Shown: positions 37,934-49,733 of the stretch, one piece after another
Layout of the letters: each line of letters begins with the position of its first letter
Position numbering within the stretch: position 1 is the first letter of the stretch
NCBI GenBank assembly: GCA_963783385.1
Contig: CAWANJ010000006.1
Coordinates: 96,001 to 160,000 of the forward strand
DNA length: 64,000 nt
Source of the DNA: an uncultured Gemmatimonadales bacterium
GTDB lineage: Bacteria; Gemmatimonadota; Gemmatimonadetes; Palauibacterales; Palauibacteraceae
Direction: 5' to 3'
Translations under genes and position numbers: made by a program
The notes under the pieces: model-generated
What the model saw: only the letters and a program-made list of their open reading frames with translations
What the model was told of the DNA's origin: nothing
The model's database searches: none

Positions 37934-38108
37934 GTCGCCTCCGTTATTCGGTATACCTGTCGGAGATCGGGCCGGGGCCTTATGTATGGGGCCGTCCTCA
38001 ACTCCCGCTCATCCGGGGGGGCCGGACCGGGACCCCGGCGTACGGCCGCAGTGGGACGCCGGGACCCGCTGATCTCGGACATGAACACGCTGCCAAAGGT
38101 TGTTGCCA

Positions 38109-39251
38109 ATGCGACTGCTGGTACTGGGCGCGGGGCTACAGGGCTCCGCCTGCGCATACGACCTCCTCACGCAGGACGACGTGGAGATCGTCACCCTCGC
38201 CGACCTCGATCCTACGGGCGCCCCCTTCCTGCCCGGCGACCCCCGGCTCCGGCGCCTCACCCTGGACTTCGGCGACCACACGGCGCTCCGGGAGGCGATG
38301 CAGGGCCACGACGTGGTCCTCTCCGCGGCGCCGTACTACTTCAACAGCGACCTCGCCCGGCTGTCGATCTCGGAGGGGCTCGACTACAGCGACCTGGGCG
38401 GTAACACCGACATCGTATTCGAGCAGCTCGACATGGCGGGAGAGGCCGAAGAGGCCGGGTGCACGGCCGTCCCGGACGTGGGGCTGGCGCCGGGCATGAT
38501 CAACGTGCTCGCCGCCGAGACGATCCGCGGGCTGGACGAGGCCCAGTCGGTCATCATGTACGTGGGAGGCCTGCCTCAGCACCCGCACCCGCCTCTCAAC
38601 TACCAGGTGGTGTACTCGCTCGAGGGAGCGCTGGACTACTACACGACCCCCTCGTGGATCGTCCGCGGCGGCCGCCGTCAGAGGATCGACGCCCTCTCGG
38701 AGCTCGAGACCCTGGAGTTCGGCGAGCTGGGGGAGCTGGAGGCGTTCCACACGGGGGGCGGCGCCTCCACCATGCCCTTCCGGTTCGAGGGTCGGGTGGA
38801 CCGGCTGGAGTACAAGACGCTCCGCTATCCGGGACACGCCCACATCATGCACGCCATCCGGGAGCTGGGGCTCCTCTCCCAGGAGTCGGTGCGGGTGGAC
38901 TCGGCGGAGGTCGCGCCCCGGGAGGTGTTCCTGGCCTGCGTCAAGCCGCACCTCACCTTCCCCGGCGAGCCGGATCTCGTCGCGCTCCGGGTCGTGGCGC
39001 GCGGCACGCGGGGCGGCCGGCCCACGACCCTCGTCTACGAGCTCCTGGACCGGGAGGACCCGGAGACGGGCATCACGGCCATGGAGCGGACCACGGGCTT
39101 CACGCTGTCCATCGTCGGGCTCTTCCTGGGGAGGGACGTCATCGAGGAGGCCGGAGTGTTCGCGCCCGACGAGGCGATTCCCGCCGACATCTACCTCCAG
39201 GAGCTCGAGGACCGGGGCATCCGCGTGCGGCTGAGCGAAGACCAGGGATAG
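38109..39251 (+). CDS. Saccharopine/lysine 6-dehydrogenase family
   Basis: LVLGAGLQG, DLGGN, DVGLAPG, YKTLRYPGH, AMERTTG. Confidence 0.92.
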   Translation: MRLLVLGAGLQGSACAYDLLTQDDVEIVTLADLDPTGAPFLPGDPRLRRLTLDFGDHTALREAMQGHDVVLSAAPYYFNSDLARLSISEGLDYSDLGGNTDIVFEQLDMAGEAEEAGCTAVPDVGLAPGMINVLAAETIRGLDEAQSVIMYVGGLPQHPHPPLNYQVVYSLEGALDYYTTPSWIVRGGRRQRIDALSELETLEFGELGELEAFHTGGGASTMPFRFEGRVDRLEYKTLRYPGHAHIMHAIRELGLLSQESVRVDSAEVAPREVFLACVKPHLTFPGEPDLVALRVVARGTRGGRPTTLVYELLDREDPETGITAMERTTGFTLSIVGLFLGRDVIEEAGVFAPDEAIPADIYLQELEDRGIRVRLSEDQG

Positions 39252-39383
39252 GAGCACCGCCCGGCGAGCGTCACGTCGGGCGGTGCTCCGGCGGAGGCGG
39301 CCGGCACCCGCTCGCGGGCCGGGAGCCCGGCGAGGACCGCCAGGGTGCGGCCGGCCGCGAACCGGGGCTCGGCCTCCGGCGGG

Positions 39384-42350
39384 CTAGCTGCCCCCGCCGT
39401 CACTCCCGTCGTCCTCCTTCCCGAGCCCGAGGTGCAGGTCGTTCCAGTTCATGATCGCGTTCCACACCAGGGCGAAGTCGCCCTGCGGCTGGAAGCGGTG
39501 CATGGGGTCGAAGCCGAACAGGACCACCATCCCCTCGCCCTCCGGCACCACGACGACCGCCGGCCCGCCGGCCATCTTGCCGCCGCCCTTGACGAGTCCG
39601 GACAGGAAGAGCGAGTCGGCGCCGGCGTACTTCACCACGGCGTCCTCCTTCGTCCGGTCGTCCAGCCGGAAGTAGGGCCCGAAGCGGTGGTAGAGCGGCA
39701 TGCGCTCGGGGTAGCCATACGCGACCGGATTCTCGGCCCGAACCACCTTCCCGCGCACCAGGGATCCGGGCACGAACAGGCCGCTCGGCTCGACCCGCTG
39801 CACGTGGCGGACGAGCCCCATGTCCACGGGCAGGGCGCTGGAGGAGCCCAGTGTCACGAGCGTTCCTCCGCGGCGCACGAAGTCGCGGAGCGCCGCGAGC
39901 CCTTCGTACCCGATCCCACCCGTGATGTCGGCAGCGGAGTCGGGGAGGCCGAGAGCCGGATAGGTGGCCGACGAGCGATAGGACAGGGGTCCGCGGGACG
40001 GATCCAGCCCCTCGAAGATGCGCTTCCCCGTGGCTCCGGCTCCCTGCGAGGCCATGAGTATGACGTCGAAGCGGGCGCGCAGGTCGGCCGGTCGGGCACC
40101 CTCGGTGAGGTCGTCCGTCCCCAGGTAAGTGTAGGGCACGCCCATGGTGTCCAGGGCAAAGCGCACCGAGCCGTCGTCCTGGGTGTCCGTCCAGGTGTGG
40201 AGGAGCGCGACCCGCGGCGCGTCCATCGCGTGCCGGGTCACGTCCCGGACGTCCCGGTCGCGGAGTCCCGTGACCTGGAGATCGAGGCCGGCCGCCAGGC
40301 TGTCGATCACGGAGCGCGGCACGGAGTCGGCCGGCACCAGCCACGTGCCCGCCGCGAAGCTCCGGTCCCGGGCCCGAAAGCTGTCCTCGGCGGCGTAGGC
40401 CGGGATCGATCCGTCGGCACGCCGCAGGCCGAGCCAGGCCCGAACTTCCCGCCCGGAGGCGTGGGGCTCCACCGCCCACCAGTCGGCGCCGCCGGCGTGC
40501 GCCACGGAGGCGGGCAGCCGAACGCGCCCGCCGTCGACGGGCGAGGTCCGGAGCGCGAGCACGGCGCTGTCGCCGACCGCGTGCGCCTCGACGCCGTACA
40601 TGAACGGGTAGGTCCAGCCCACGTCGTCGTAGGGCGGGGGCGCGTCCTCGGGGAATTCCTGCGGCCGCATGAGCGTCAGCAGGAAGTTCCGGTAGGGCTG
40701 GTCCATGCGGAGCACGTAGTCGCCCTTCCGCACCCGCACCGAGTCCGCCTGGTCGTAGCGCTTGCCGGCCCCGGCGAAGGTCCCGTCCTGCGCCGCCCGC
40801 GATACCTCGATGCCGTGGTCCCGCAGATTCTGGAGCATGGCCGCCGCATCGGCGCGGCGGGGCTGGTCGGCGGGCACGACCCAGGCGAACGGCTTCTCGG
40901 TCCGTCCCTTCGTCAGGCTGTTGACGCCCTTCTGCCAGAAGTCGCGCAGCAGGCGCCCCCGGTGGGCGGCGGCCAGGGAGAGCGCCGAGAGGGCGCCCGA
41001 CTCCATGTAGTTGGTGTTGTTCCGGAGGGACCACAGGGTGGAGTCGTGCGGCGGGCTGGGCCGGTACCACTGCACGTGGGTCGCATCGCCCCGGAGCTCG
41101 CGCTTCATCGTGTTGGGGACGCTGTTCCCGAACGTCTCGTAGAAGCGGCCCAGGCTGTTCAGGTCCATGTTCGTGACCCACATCATGTAGCCCGGATACC
41201 AACCGGTGTAGAAGCCGTGCGTCCACACCCCGGGGAGCCCGTACGAGGTGAGGCTCGTGACCTCCCAGTTGGCCATCCACGCCCACTCGCTCACCGTGAT
41301 CGGGTCCACGGCGGGGTTGTAGGGCCCGGTCCCGGTGGCCGTGTACAGGTAGGGCACCGACTCGTGCATGTCGTGCCCGACCGTGTAGTGCCAGTGCAGG
41401 GCCAGCTTCACGATGATCCGGGTCAGGTCGGTGATCATCCCGAATCCGTCCCGGTTGTCGTCGTGCATGATGTAGTGGCCCCAGTAGGGCGGTCCCCGCA
41501 CGATGCTGTCTGCGTAGAACACATCGGCGTTGTGGAGGCGGTGCCACTCGACCACACGGTCACGACCATCGGGGTCCATCACCGGGACGATGAACACGAC
41601 CACGTTCTTGCGGATGGCCCGGGTCACCGAGTCCTCGGAGGCGGCCAGCCGGTAGGCCATCTCCATGGTCATCTCGGGGGGGCCCGTCTCGGCCGAGTGG
41701 AGCCCGGCGTAGAAGGTGTAGACCACCGGCAGGTCCCGGACGAGAGTGTCGGCCTCCGCGCGCGAGGTCGTACGCGGGTCGGCAAGCTTCCCGAGCCCCG
41801 TCCGGATGGCCTCGAGCCGCTCCAGGTTCTCGCGGCTCCCCACCTGGACCAGCGCCAGATGCCGGCCCTCCTCGGTCTTCCCCAGGAGCTGGAAGCGAAC
41901 GCGCGGCGTGCTGGCGGCCAGGTCCCTGAAGTAGCCGTAGATCTGGTCCACGCTGTGGAGCGTGCCCGGCTTCCCGATCGGGTCGCCGAAGTGCTTCGAG
42001 GGCGAGGTGGCCGACGAGACCGGGATCTGGTCCACGAGCGGCGTCATGTACTCGGCCCTCGTGGTCCACGACAGGATCTTCCGGGTGGCGACCGTGTCCA
42101 CGGCCTGTCCCCACGGCGTCGTGTCCGGCACGCCGGCGGCCCTCCACCAGTCGAACGTCTGGGGGACGGGGGGCGCCCCGGCGCGGGCGGAGTCCGCGGC
42201 CGTGTCCCGCCGCGCGGCCGCGACCGCGACCGCCGGACGGTCCGGCCGGACCACGGCGCGGGGCGTGGACGCCGACGCGGTCGGTGGCGCGGAAGCGGCG
42301 CCGAACAGAAAGACGAGCGGGAGGATCACTGCGAGCATCCGTCGGGGCAT
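39384..42350 (-). CDS. Exported M14 zinc carboxypeptidase-like protein
   Basis: Signal peptide; GLHSAE, DPDGRD, HDDNRD, HDMHES; C-terminal GATase-like domain. Confidence 0.88.
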   Translation of the reverse strand: MPRRMLAVILPLVFLFGAASAPPTASASTPRAVVRPDRPAVAVAAARRDTAADSARAGAPPVPQTFDWWRAAGVPDTTPWGQAVDTVATRKILSWTTRAEYMTPLVDQIPVSSATSPSKHFGDPIGKPGTLHSVDQIYGYFRDLAASTPRVRFQLLGKTEEGRHLALVQVGSRENLERLEAIRTGLGKLADPRTTSRAEADTLVRDLPVVYTFYAGLHSAETGPPEMTMEMAYRLAASEDSVTRAIRKNVVVFIVPVMDPDGRDRVVEWHRLHNADVFYADSIVRGPPYWGHYIMHDDNRDGFGMITDLTRIIVKLALHWHYTVGHDMHESVPYLYTATGTGPYNPAVDPITVSEWAWMANWEVTSLTSYGLPGVWTHGFYTGWYPGYMMWVTNMDLNSLGRFYETFGNSVPNTMKRELRGDATHVQWYRPSPPHDSTLWSLRNNTNYMESGALSALSLAAAHRGRLLRDFWQKGVNSLTKGRTEKPFAWVVPADQPRRADAAAMLQNLRDHGIEVSRAAQDGTFAGAGKRYDQADSVRVRKGDYVLRMDQPYRNFLLTLMRPQEFPEDAPPPYDDVGWTYPFMYGVEAHAVGDSAVLALRTSPVDGGRVRLPASVAHAGGADWWAVEPHASGREVRAWLGLRRADGSIPAYAAEDSFRARDRSFAAGTWLVPADSVPRSVIDSLAAGLDLQVTGLRDRDVRDVTRHAMDAPRVALLHTWTDTQDDGSVRFALDTMGVPYTYLGTDDLTEGARPADLRARFDVILMASQGAGATGKRIFEGLDPSRGPLSYRSSATYPALGLPDSAADITGGIGYEGLAALRDFVRRGGTLVTLGSSSALPVDMGLVRHVQRVEPSGLFVPGSLVRGKVVRAENPVAYGYPERMPLYHRFGPYFRLDDRTKEDAVVKYAGADSLFLSGLVKGGGKMAGGPAVVVVPEGEGMVVLFGFDPMHRFQPQGDFALVWNAIMNWNDLHLGLGKEDDGSDGGGS

Positions 42351-42614
42351 CGGCGCACCATCTCCGCGGGGGGGACCGGGTCTCGAGGCCGCGGGAAGAT
42401 CCTGTCGGGCGCCGCGCGACGCAACCGGTTCGGCCCGCCGCGGATAAGGCCGCGGCACCCCTCGGGCGGCCGGTCCTGCCGCCCACCTTCAGGAGCGCCG
42501 CGAATCCGAGACAGGTCCGAGGACAGCTCCCCATCGGACGTGATCCCGGTTCGATCGATCCTGCCCTCGGCCCGGTTCCTGCCACGCACCGTCCGAAACG
42601 CGAGGAGGCCCGTG

Positions 42615-43958
42615 ATGCCGGATCGAACACGCGTGGTCATCGTCGGAGCCGGGTTCGGAGGGCTCGAGGTGGCGCGGGAGCTCGCCGGCGAGGACGTCGA
42701 CGTCCTCGTGGTCGACCGTCACAACTACCACACCTTCTTCCCGCTCCTCTACCAGGTAGGGGCGGCCGAGATCGACGCCAGCGAGATCGCCTATCCCGTG
42801 CGGCGAATCGTGCGCGGATGGCCGAACGTGCGCTTCCGGATGGCCGAGGCACGCGGCCTGGATTCCGATCGGCGCATCCTGCGCCTGAGCGCACCGGAAG
42901 GGGCGAGTCGGGGGCCCGGGGACGGAGACGCCGGCCAGGAAGTTACGTACGATCACCTCGTCCTGGCCGCGGGCAGCGACGCCCACTTCTTCGGCGTGCC
43001 GGGCGCCGCCGAGCACGCCTTTCCCCTTCGACAGGTCGAGCACGGGCTCGCGCTCCGGAACCACGTGCTGGGCCGCTTCGAACGCGCCGAGGCCGTGGCG
43101 GACCCGAAGAGCGCCGAGCGGCGCTCACCTTCCTGATCGTGGGAGGCGGTGCCACGGGGGTGGAGTACGCCGGGGCCCTGGCCGAGCTCGTCTACCGACC
43201 GCTGCTCCTCGATCACCGCGACATCGGACGGGACGAGCCTCGCATCGTGCTCGTGGAAGCCACCTCCAGCCTCCTGGGCGGCGTCCCCGAGCGGCTGGGC
43301 GCCTACGCGGCGCGGCGGCTGTCCCGCATGGGCGTCGACGTACGGACCGAAACGAGCGTGCGGCGCGTGAGCCCCCGGCACGTCGAGCTCGACCGGGGCG
43401 AGTGGCTGGCCACCGAGACCGTGGTGTGGACCGCCGGCGTTCGCGGCGCCGGCGTGGCCGACGCGCTGGGGCCTCCCGGTGGACCGCCAGGGCCGCGTGA
43501 GCGTGGCTCCGACCCTGGAGCTCGCCGGTCCCGGAGGGCGTCTGGGTGCGTCGGCGACCTCGCCGCGCCCGACCGGGGAGGACCCGGCGCCGATGGTGGC
43601 GCCGGTCGCCATCCAGCAGGGGACGCACGTGGCCCGCGGCATCCTGCGCCGGGCGGTCGGCGCCGAGCCGGAGCGCTTCCGCTACCGCGATCCGGGGCTC
43701 CTGGCCACCATCGGACGGAACGCGGCCGTGGCCCGGCTGTTCGGTCGGACCTTCACTGGCTTCCCGGCCTGGGCGCTGTGGGCGGGGGTGCACATCGCCC
43801 GGCTGATCGGCTTCAGGAACCGCCTCGTGGTGCTGGTGAGCTGGGCGTGGGACTACCTCACCTTCGAGCGCGTGGTGAGGCTCATCCTCCCGCTGCGCGA
43901 GGCCGCCAGGCTCGAGGAGCGGGACGGCGGGTCGCGACCGCTCCGCGGATCGGGCTGA
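42615..43958 (+). CDS. ndh: Type II NADH dehydrogenase (several frameshifts)
   Basis: VIVGAGFGG, PLLYQV, IVGGGATGVE, VVWTAGV, APVAIQQG, FRYRDPGLLATIGR, LIGFRNR. Confidence 0.85.
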
Positions 43959-44039
43959 GGTCGCCCACTCGCCCCGTCCGGCCCGGCGCCTCGGGCGCTG
44001 CGGCTCGTTCCACACCCCCGCTCCGGCTGCGCGAACGGC

Positions 44040-44088
44040 TTGCCCCGCCTATTATTCACGCTTATGATAATATACATGGAATATACAC
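44040..44088 (+). promoter_or_regulatory. Sigma70 promoter with AT-rich candidate PadR sites
   Basis: TTGCCC(44040)-N17-TATGAT(44063); AATATACA direct repeat with an 11-bp period just downstream. Confidence 0.6.
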
Positions 44089-44158
44089 GCGATTCCCAGT
44101 CCCCCGGGCGTTCAACGCCGCGTTCCCTTCCCCGCCGTGTCGGCGGAGGCTCGAGGCC

Positions 44159-44819
44159 ATGAGCCGCGGCGCCTCGCCGCCTTCCTCGGGCCAGGTCACC
44201 CGGCTGGTGCTCCTGTCCATGGTCTCCACGGGGCACACGCACGGCTACCGGATCCGAAGGGGCTCGAGGCGCGGCACATGGACCGGTGGGCCGACATCCG
44301 CTACGGCTCGATCTACGCCGGGCTCCGCCGCCTGACCGACGAGGGGCTGCTCGAGGAGGCGGGGCAGGAGCAGGAGGATCGCGGGCCCCCGCGGACCCTG
44401 TACGGGATCACCGAGGCGGGACGCCGCGAGCGCGACAGACTCCTGCGTGAGCTGGCCGCCCGGCCCGCGGCTGGCCGCCGATCCGGTCGACGTGGCGCTG
44501 GCGTTCGGGCACTTCCTCCCCGGCGAGGAGCTGGCAGGGCTGCTGGACGAGCGGCTCGGCGCCGGTCGACGGAGCGCATCGACCAGATCCGGGCCACCCG
44601 GCGCATGGCCGTCCGGGCGCCGGCCCCGGGGTCAAGGCCCTGGTCGACGACCTCGTCGAGCACAGCTGGCAGCGGCTCAAGACCGAGGAGCGCTGGACCG
44701 CCCGGGTGCGGGACCGGCTGCTGCAGGGCCTCTACCGCGGCGCGGGCGCGGGCGAGTTCGAGCCGACCGCCGGGCCGGCGCCCGAGCGTGGGACCGAAGA
44801 CGGAGGGAAGGGGACGTGA
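44159..44819 (+). CDS. PadR family regulator (frameshifted)
   Basis: TRLVLLSMV...THGYRI / WADIRYGSIYAGLRRL...RTLYGITEAGR. Confidence 0.8.
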
Positions 44820-45834
44820 ACGCGATCGAGGTGGAGGACCTTCGGAAGACCGTACCGGAACGGGGTGGAGGCGCTGCGAGGCGTCTCGTTCGCGGTCGAG
44901 GAGGGCGAGATCTTCGGCCTGCTCGGCCCGAACGGGGCGGGCAAGTCGACGGCGGTGCGCATTCTGTGCACGCTGTCGGCCCCCACCTCCGGCCGGGCCC
45001 GGGTGGCCGGGGTGGACGTGCTCGAGAACCCGGACGAGGTCCGGCGCCGGATCGGCTACGTGGCGCAGGAGTCCTCGGTCGACATCCAGGCGACGGGGCG
45101 CGAGAACCTGGCCCTGCAGGGCCACCTCCAGGACCTCTCCGGGCCCGCGCTTCGGGGCCGGGTGGACGAGCTCCTCGAGCGCTTCGACCTCGCCGACGCC
45201 GCCGACCGCATGGTCGAGACGTACTCGGGCGGCATGAAGCGGCGATTGGACGTCGCCATGGGCCTCATCCATCGCCCCCGAACCTGCTGTTCCTGGACGA
45301 GCCCACCACGGGCCTCGACCCCGAGAGCCGGGCGGTGATGTGGCGGGAGGTACAGGGATCTCGCCGAGCCAGGGCGGCGTCAGCGTGCTCCTCACCACCC
45401 ACTACCTGGAGGAGGCGGACCGCCTCTCGCGCCGGCTCGCGATCGTCGACCAGGGCCGGATCGTGGCGCGCGGGACACCCGACGAGCTCAAGTCCGGGCT
45501 GCACGGCGACCGGATCACGGTGGAGCTGGCCGACGGGGTCGACGCCGAGCGCGCCGCCCGGTGCCTGGCCGACCTGCCGGGCGGAAGCGAGATCGTGACG
45601 GAGGAGCGCCGCTGCACGTGCAGGTCACGAACGGGGCGCGGGCCGTGCCCGGGGTGGTGGCGGCGCTGGAGGACGCCGGCGTCCAGATCGCCCAGGTCGC
45701 GCTGAGCCGGCCTTCCCTGGACGACGTCTACCTGCGGGCCACGGGGCACAGCTTCGGGACGGCCGATGCGACCGGGCGGGGGCCGCGGCCGGCGTCCGGC
45801 GGTGGTACGGGCACGGCCGGGGAGGGGGCGATGA
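44816..45834 (+). CDS. DrrA-like ABC ATP-binding protein (frameshifted)
   Basis: GPNGAGKST, YSGGMKRR, LFLDEPT, TTHYLEEAD, PSLDDVYL across frames. Confidence 0.85.
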
Positions 45835-46603
45835 AGGCGATCCGCGACACGCTGCAGCTGTTCATGCGCGAGATCCGCATCTCGCTGCGCATGCCGATCT
45901 GGATCATCATCTCGATCGTCGCAGCCGATCATCTGGCTGCTCCTGTTCAGCCAGCTGTTCCGCGTGGTCGGGTCGCTCGCGAGCTTCCCGGGAGGCTCCT
46001 ACCTGGGATTCCTGGCGCCCGGACTCGCCATCATGTCCTCGCTGTTCAGCTCGGCGTACGGAGGGGATGGGGCTCCTGCGGGACATCGAGCGCGGCTTCG
46101 TGGATCGGCTCCTGGCCACCCCGGCGAGCCGCGGCGCCCTCATCGGCGCCCGGGTGCTGCACGCGGCAGCGACCGTCATGTTCCAGGCGGCGGTCATCCT
46201 GGTGATCTCCTTCATCCTCGGGGTGCGGCCGGGTAGCTGGGTGCTGGGAACCCTGATCGTGCTGCTGTCGGCGGGCCTGCTGGGCGGCGCGTTCGGGGCG
46301 GCCTCCAACGGGCTCGCCCTGCTGGCCGGACGCTACGAGATCCTCATGGCGCTGATGAACTTCACGATCCTGCCGCTCACCTTCCTGTCCACCATGATCA
46401 TGGCGCGGCCGCTCATGCCCGGCTGGATGCGGGCCGTGACGCGCTTCAACCCGGTGGACTGGGCCGTGTCGGCGGCGCGGGACGGCTTCGACGGCACCGC
46501 GAGCGGCACCCTCGCCCTGCACTTCCTGCTGCTGCTGGCCTTCATGGCCGTGTGCTGGCTGCTGGCGGCGCGGGCGTTCGGCCGGTACCGGGCGCGGAGC
46601 TAG
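45831..46603 (+). CDS. DrrB-like ABC-2 permease (frameshifted)
   Basis: SYLGFLAPG, DIERGFVDRLLATP, FNPVDWAV. Confidence 0.85.
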
Positions 46604-48516
46604 GAGCCGCCGCTCTTCGCCTTCGCGCCCGTCTTCTTCGCCTTGCCGGACTTCTTCTCGCGCTTCGCGGCCGCCGCCCGGCTCGATTTCTTCTTCCGCG
46701 CCCCCTTCGGCAGCTCCCTCCAGTGCTTGGCCCGCTCCTCGCGCGGGGCGTCCAGCCACGCCCGCAGGTCCTCCAGCGAGCGGGTGTTGAGCACGTCCTC
46801 CCGGGTGAGCCACGCGCGCCGCGCCTGGTCGATCCCGTAGCGGATGAGGTCCAGGTCCTGGGTTCGGTGGGCGTCCGTGTCGATCACGATCGGGAGGCCG
46901 AGGGCCTTCGCCTTCATCAGGTGCGTGTCCTTGAGGTCGAGGCGGTCCGGGTGGGCGTTGAGCTCGACGGCCACGCCGCGCTCGGCGGCGCGCTCGAGGA
47001 CCGCGTCCAGGTCGAACTCGTAAGGATCCCTCTCGTTGATGAGGCGGCCGGTGGGATGGGCGAGGATGTCCACCTCCGGGTGATCCAGAGCGCTCAGGAG
47101 CCGTTCGGTCTGCTCGTCGGCCGGCAGGTTGAAGCGCGAGTGGATCGAGACGAGGACGATGTCGAGCTTCTCCAGCATCTCGTCCGAGAGGTCGAGCGTG
47201 CCGTCGGCCAGGATGTCGATCTCCATGCTGCGGAACAGGTGGATCTCGTCGTGCTCGGCGACGACCTCGTCCATCTCCTTCCACTGCCGGCGGAGCTTCT
47301 TCTCGTCCATGCCGCCGGTCATCGCCAGGGACTGGCTGTGGTCGGTGAGGGCGAAGTACTCGTATCCGCGCTCGGCGCAGGCCTCGAGCATGGTCTCGAT
47401 GGACTCCCGTCCGTCCGACCAGGTCGAGTGCATCTGCAGGTCCCCGCGCAGGTCCTCGAGCGTGATGAGCTCGGGGAGCTCGTCCTTCTCCGCCGCCTGG
47501 ATCTCCCCCCGGTCCTCGCGCAGCTCGGGCGGGATCCACGGCAGGTCGACCGCCGCGTACACCTCCTCCTCGGTGGCGCCGGCCACGAATTCGCCCTCCC
47601 ACGGGTCGCGCTCCCTCGCCTCCTCGTCCTCGTCCTTCCCCCGCTTTCCTTTCTCCACCCGAAGACCCCGTACTCGGAGATGCGGAGACCCCGGTCGATG
47701 GCGCGCTGTCGGAGGCGGACGTTGTGCTCCTTGGAGCCGGTGAAGTAGACGAGCGCCGCGCCGTAGCTCTTCGCGGTGAGGATCCGGAGGTCGACCTGGA
47801 GACCGGAGGCGAGCCGCACGCTACCCTTCGTCGCGCCCGAGGCCAGCACCTCCTCGACCCGGTCGTAGCTGGTGAAGCGCTCCATGAGCGAGGCGCCCTC
47901 CTCCGCGATGGCGAGGAGGTCGATGTCGCCCACCGTCTCCTTGCGGCGCCGGTAGCTGCCGGCCACTTCGATCCGTTCCACGGAGTCGTCCTCCCGCAGC
48001 CACTCGAGCAGGGGCAGGACGTGCTGGTCGGCCTCGGAGATCTTGAAGCGCGCCTGGTGGCGGCGGTACGCCTCGATGCCCTGGAGGATCTTCTCCTCGC
48101 TCTTCTCCCCGAAGCCCTCGAGCTCGCGGACCTTCCCGGCCTTCGCCGCCTCCTCGAGCTGGTCCACGGTCTCGATCCCCAGCTCCTTCCATAGCTTCCG
48201 CGTCTTCTTGGGACCGACGCCGGGCAGCCGACCGATCTCGATGAGCGAGTAGGGAACGTCCCCGGTGAGCTCGTCCAGGAGCTCCAAGGGACCCCGTGTC
48301 CACCAGCTGGTGGATGTACTTCGACATGTCCTCGCCGATGCCGGGGAGCTCGGTGAGGTCGGCGTCCTCCTCGACCAGCTTCCGCATCGGGACCGGGTGC
48401 TCCTCGATCGTGCGGGCGGCGTTGCGGTAGGCACGGACCCGGAACGGGTTGGACCCCTGGATCTCCAGGAGGTCGGCGACATCCTCCAGGGTGCGGGCGA
48501 TCTCCACGTTCTCCAT
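46600..48516 (-). CDS. polX: DNA polymerase X / PHP 3'-5' exonuclease (frameshifts near 47660 and 48290)
   Basis: NPFRVRAY, AGSYRRRKETVGDID, QVDLR, YFTGSKEHN, DLQMHSTWSDG, HPTGR, TDAH. Confidence 0.92.
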
Positions 48517-48758
48517 GGGAGCTCCCTCGGGTGGGGGGCTGCGATGTGGCGGCGCGAGGCTCCGGGACGCGGGAACCGGCGCCAGCCGGTACCTTGGGTC
48601 CGGACACGGCTCTCGGCGACCCTTGCCGCACGCCCCGTACCGGCCCGGCTCGCGCGGCCCGAAGGGAACCGGTCCGATCCCCGGAACGGTTTCGGGGGTA
48701 CGTCCTGCGGCCGGCCCCGCCCCCGGGGCCGGTCCCGAGCGGCTCGAGCGGCGGAGGG

Positions 48759-49733
48759 ATGAGCGAGACGATGACGGACGAGGCGCGCCCCGTGGCGACC
48801 GCTCCGACGATCTCGGCCGATCCGGCCGGAGCCACGCCGCCCGACGCGGTGGATCCGGCCCGTTCCGCCGCGCCGCCCGGCCCGGAGGATCCATCCGGGG
48901 CTTCGGCGCCGGCCGGCCCGGAGGCGCCCGGCCGTTCCCGCCATCACTGGCTGGTGCGGCTGACCCACTGGGTGAACGTCGTCGCGCTGACCGCGATGGT
49001 GGCCAGCGGCCTCCGGATCTTCAACGCCTACCCGGCCTTCGCGCCCCGCGGGCGGGACCTTCTGCTGCTACCCGTTCGCCGGCCAGCCCATCCCGGCGTG
49101 GCTGACGCTGGGCGGCTGGCTGGCCGGCGCCCGCCACTGGCACTTCGCCATCATGTGGCTGCTGGTGGCCAACGGACTGCTCTACGTGGGTTCATCTACC
49201 TGCACGGGGAGTGGCGGGATCTGGCGCCGCGCCGCGGTGACCCGCGCGACGCCTGGGAGATGGTGAAGTTCTACCTGTTCGCGCGCCGCGAGCACCCCCG
49301 CCAGGGCAAGCACAACGCCCTGCAGAAGCTGGCCTACCTCTCCCTCCTCGTCCTGGCCGTGATCGCGGTGGCCTCGGGGCTGGCGATCTGGAAGCCGGTG
49401 CAGCTGGGCTGGCTCACCCGGCTGATGGGGGGCTACGTGTGGGCCCGCTACTGGCACTTCCTGGCCATGCTCGGCCTCGTGGCGCTGGGCCTGATCCACG
49501 TGTTCATGGTGGTGTCGGTCGATCCCTACTCGATCCCGGCCATGATCACGGGGCGCTACCGGGCCGACCGCTCGCCCGAGCGCCGCAACGCGCGACCCTT
49601 CCAGCACCTGTTCGGCCCGGTACGACCCTCCGGCGCGACGGCGGAGGCGACCGGGGCCGACGCCGCGCGGGAGCGCCGGGCGGCCATCGATCCGGAAGCC
49701 TCGCGAGACGACGACACGGCGGAGCGATCCTGA
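48759..49733 (+). CDS. Cytochrome b/b6-domain membrane protein (frameshifted)
   Basis: VRLTHWVN, SGLRIFNAYP, RHWHF, KHNALQKLAY, RYWHF...IHV. Confidence 0.85.
   Translation: MSETMTDEARPVATAPTISADPAGATPPDAVDPARSAAPPGPEDPSGASAPAGPEAPGRSRHHWLVRLTHWVNVVALTAMVASGLRIFNAYPAFAPRGRDLLLLPVRRPAHPGVADAGRLAGRRPPLALRHHVAAGGQRTALRGFIYLHGEWRDLAPRRGDPRDAWEMVKFYLFARREHPRQGKHNALQKLAYLSLLVLAVIAVASGLAIWKPVQLGWLTRLMGGYVWARYWHFLAMLGLVALGLIHVFMVVSVDPYSIPAMITGRYRADRSPERRNARPFQHLFGPVRPSGATAEATGADAARERRAAIDPEASRDDDTAERS

Noticed and set aside
48665-48706. ECF sigma promoter (GGAAC...CGTC) before the cytochrome b gene
   Set aside because: Spacing does not fit the usual 16-17 nt cleanly; too weak to call.
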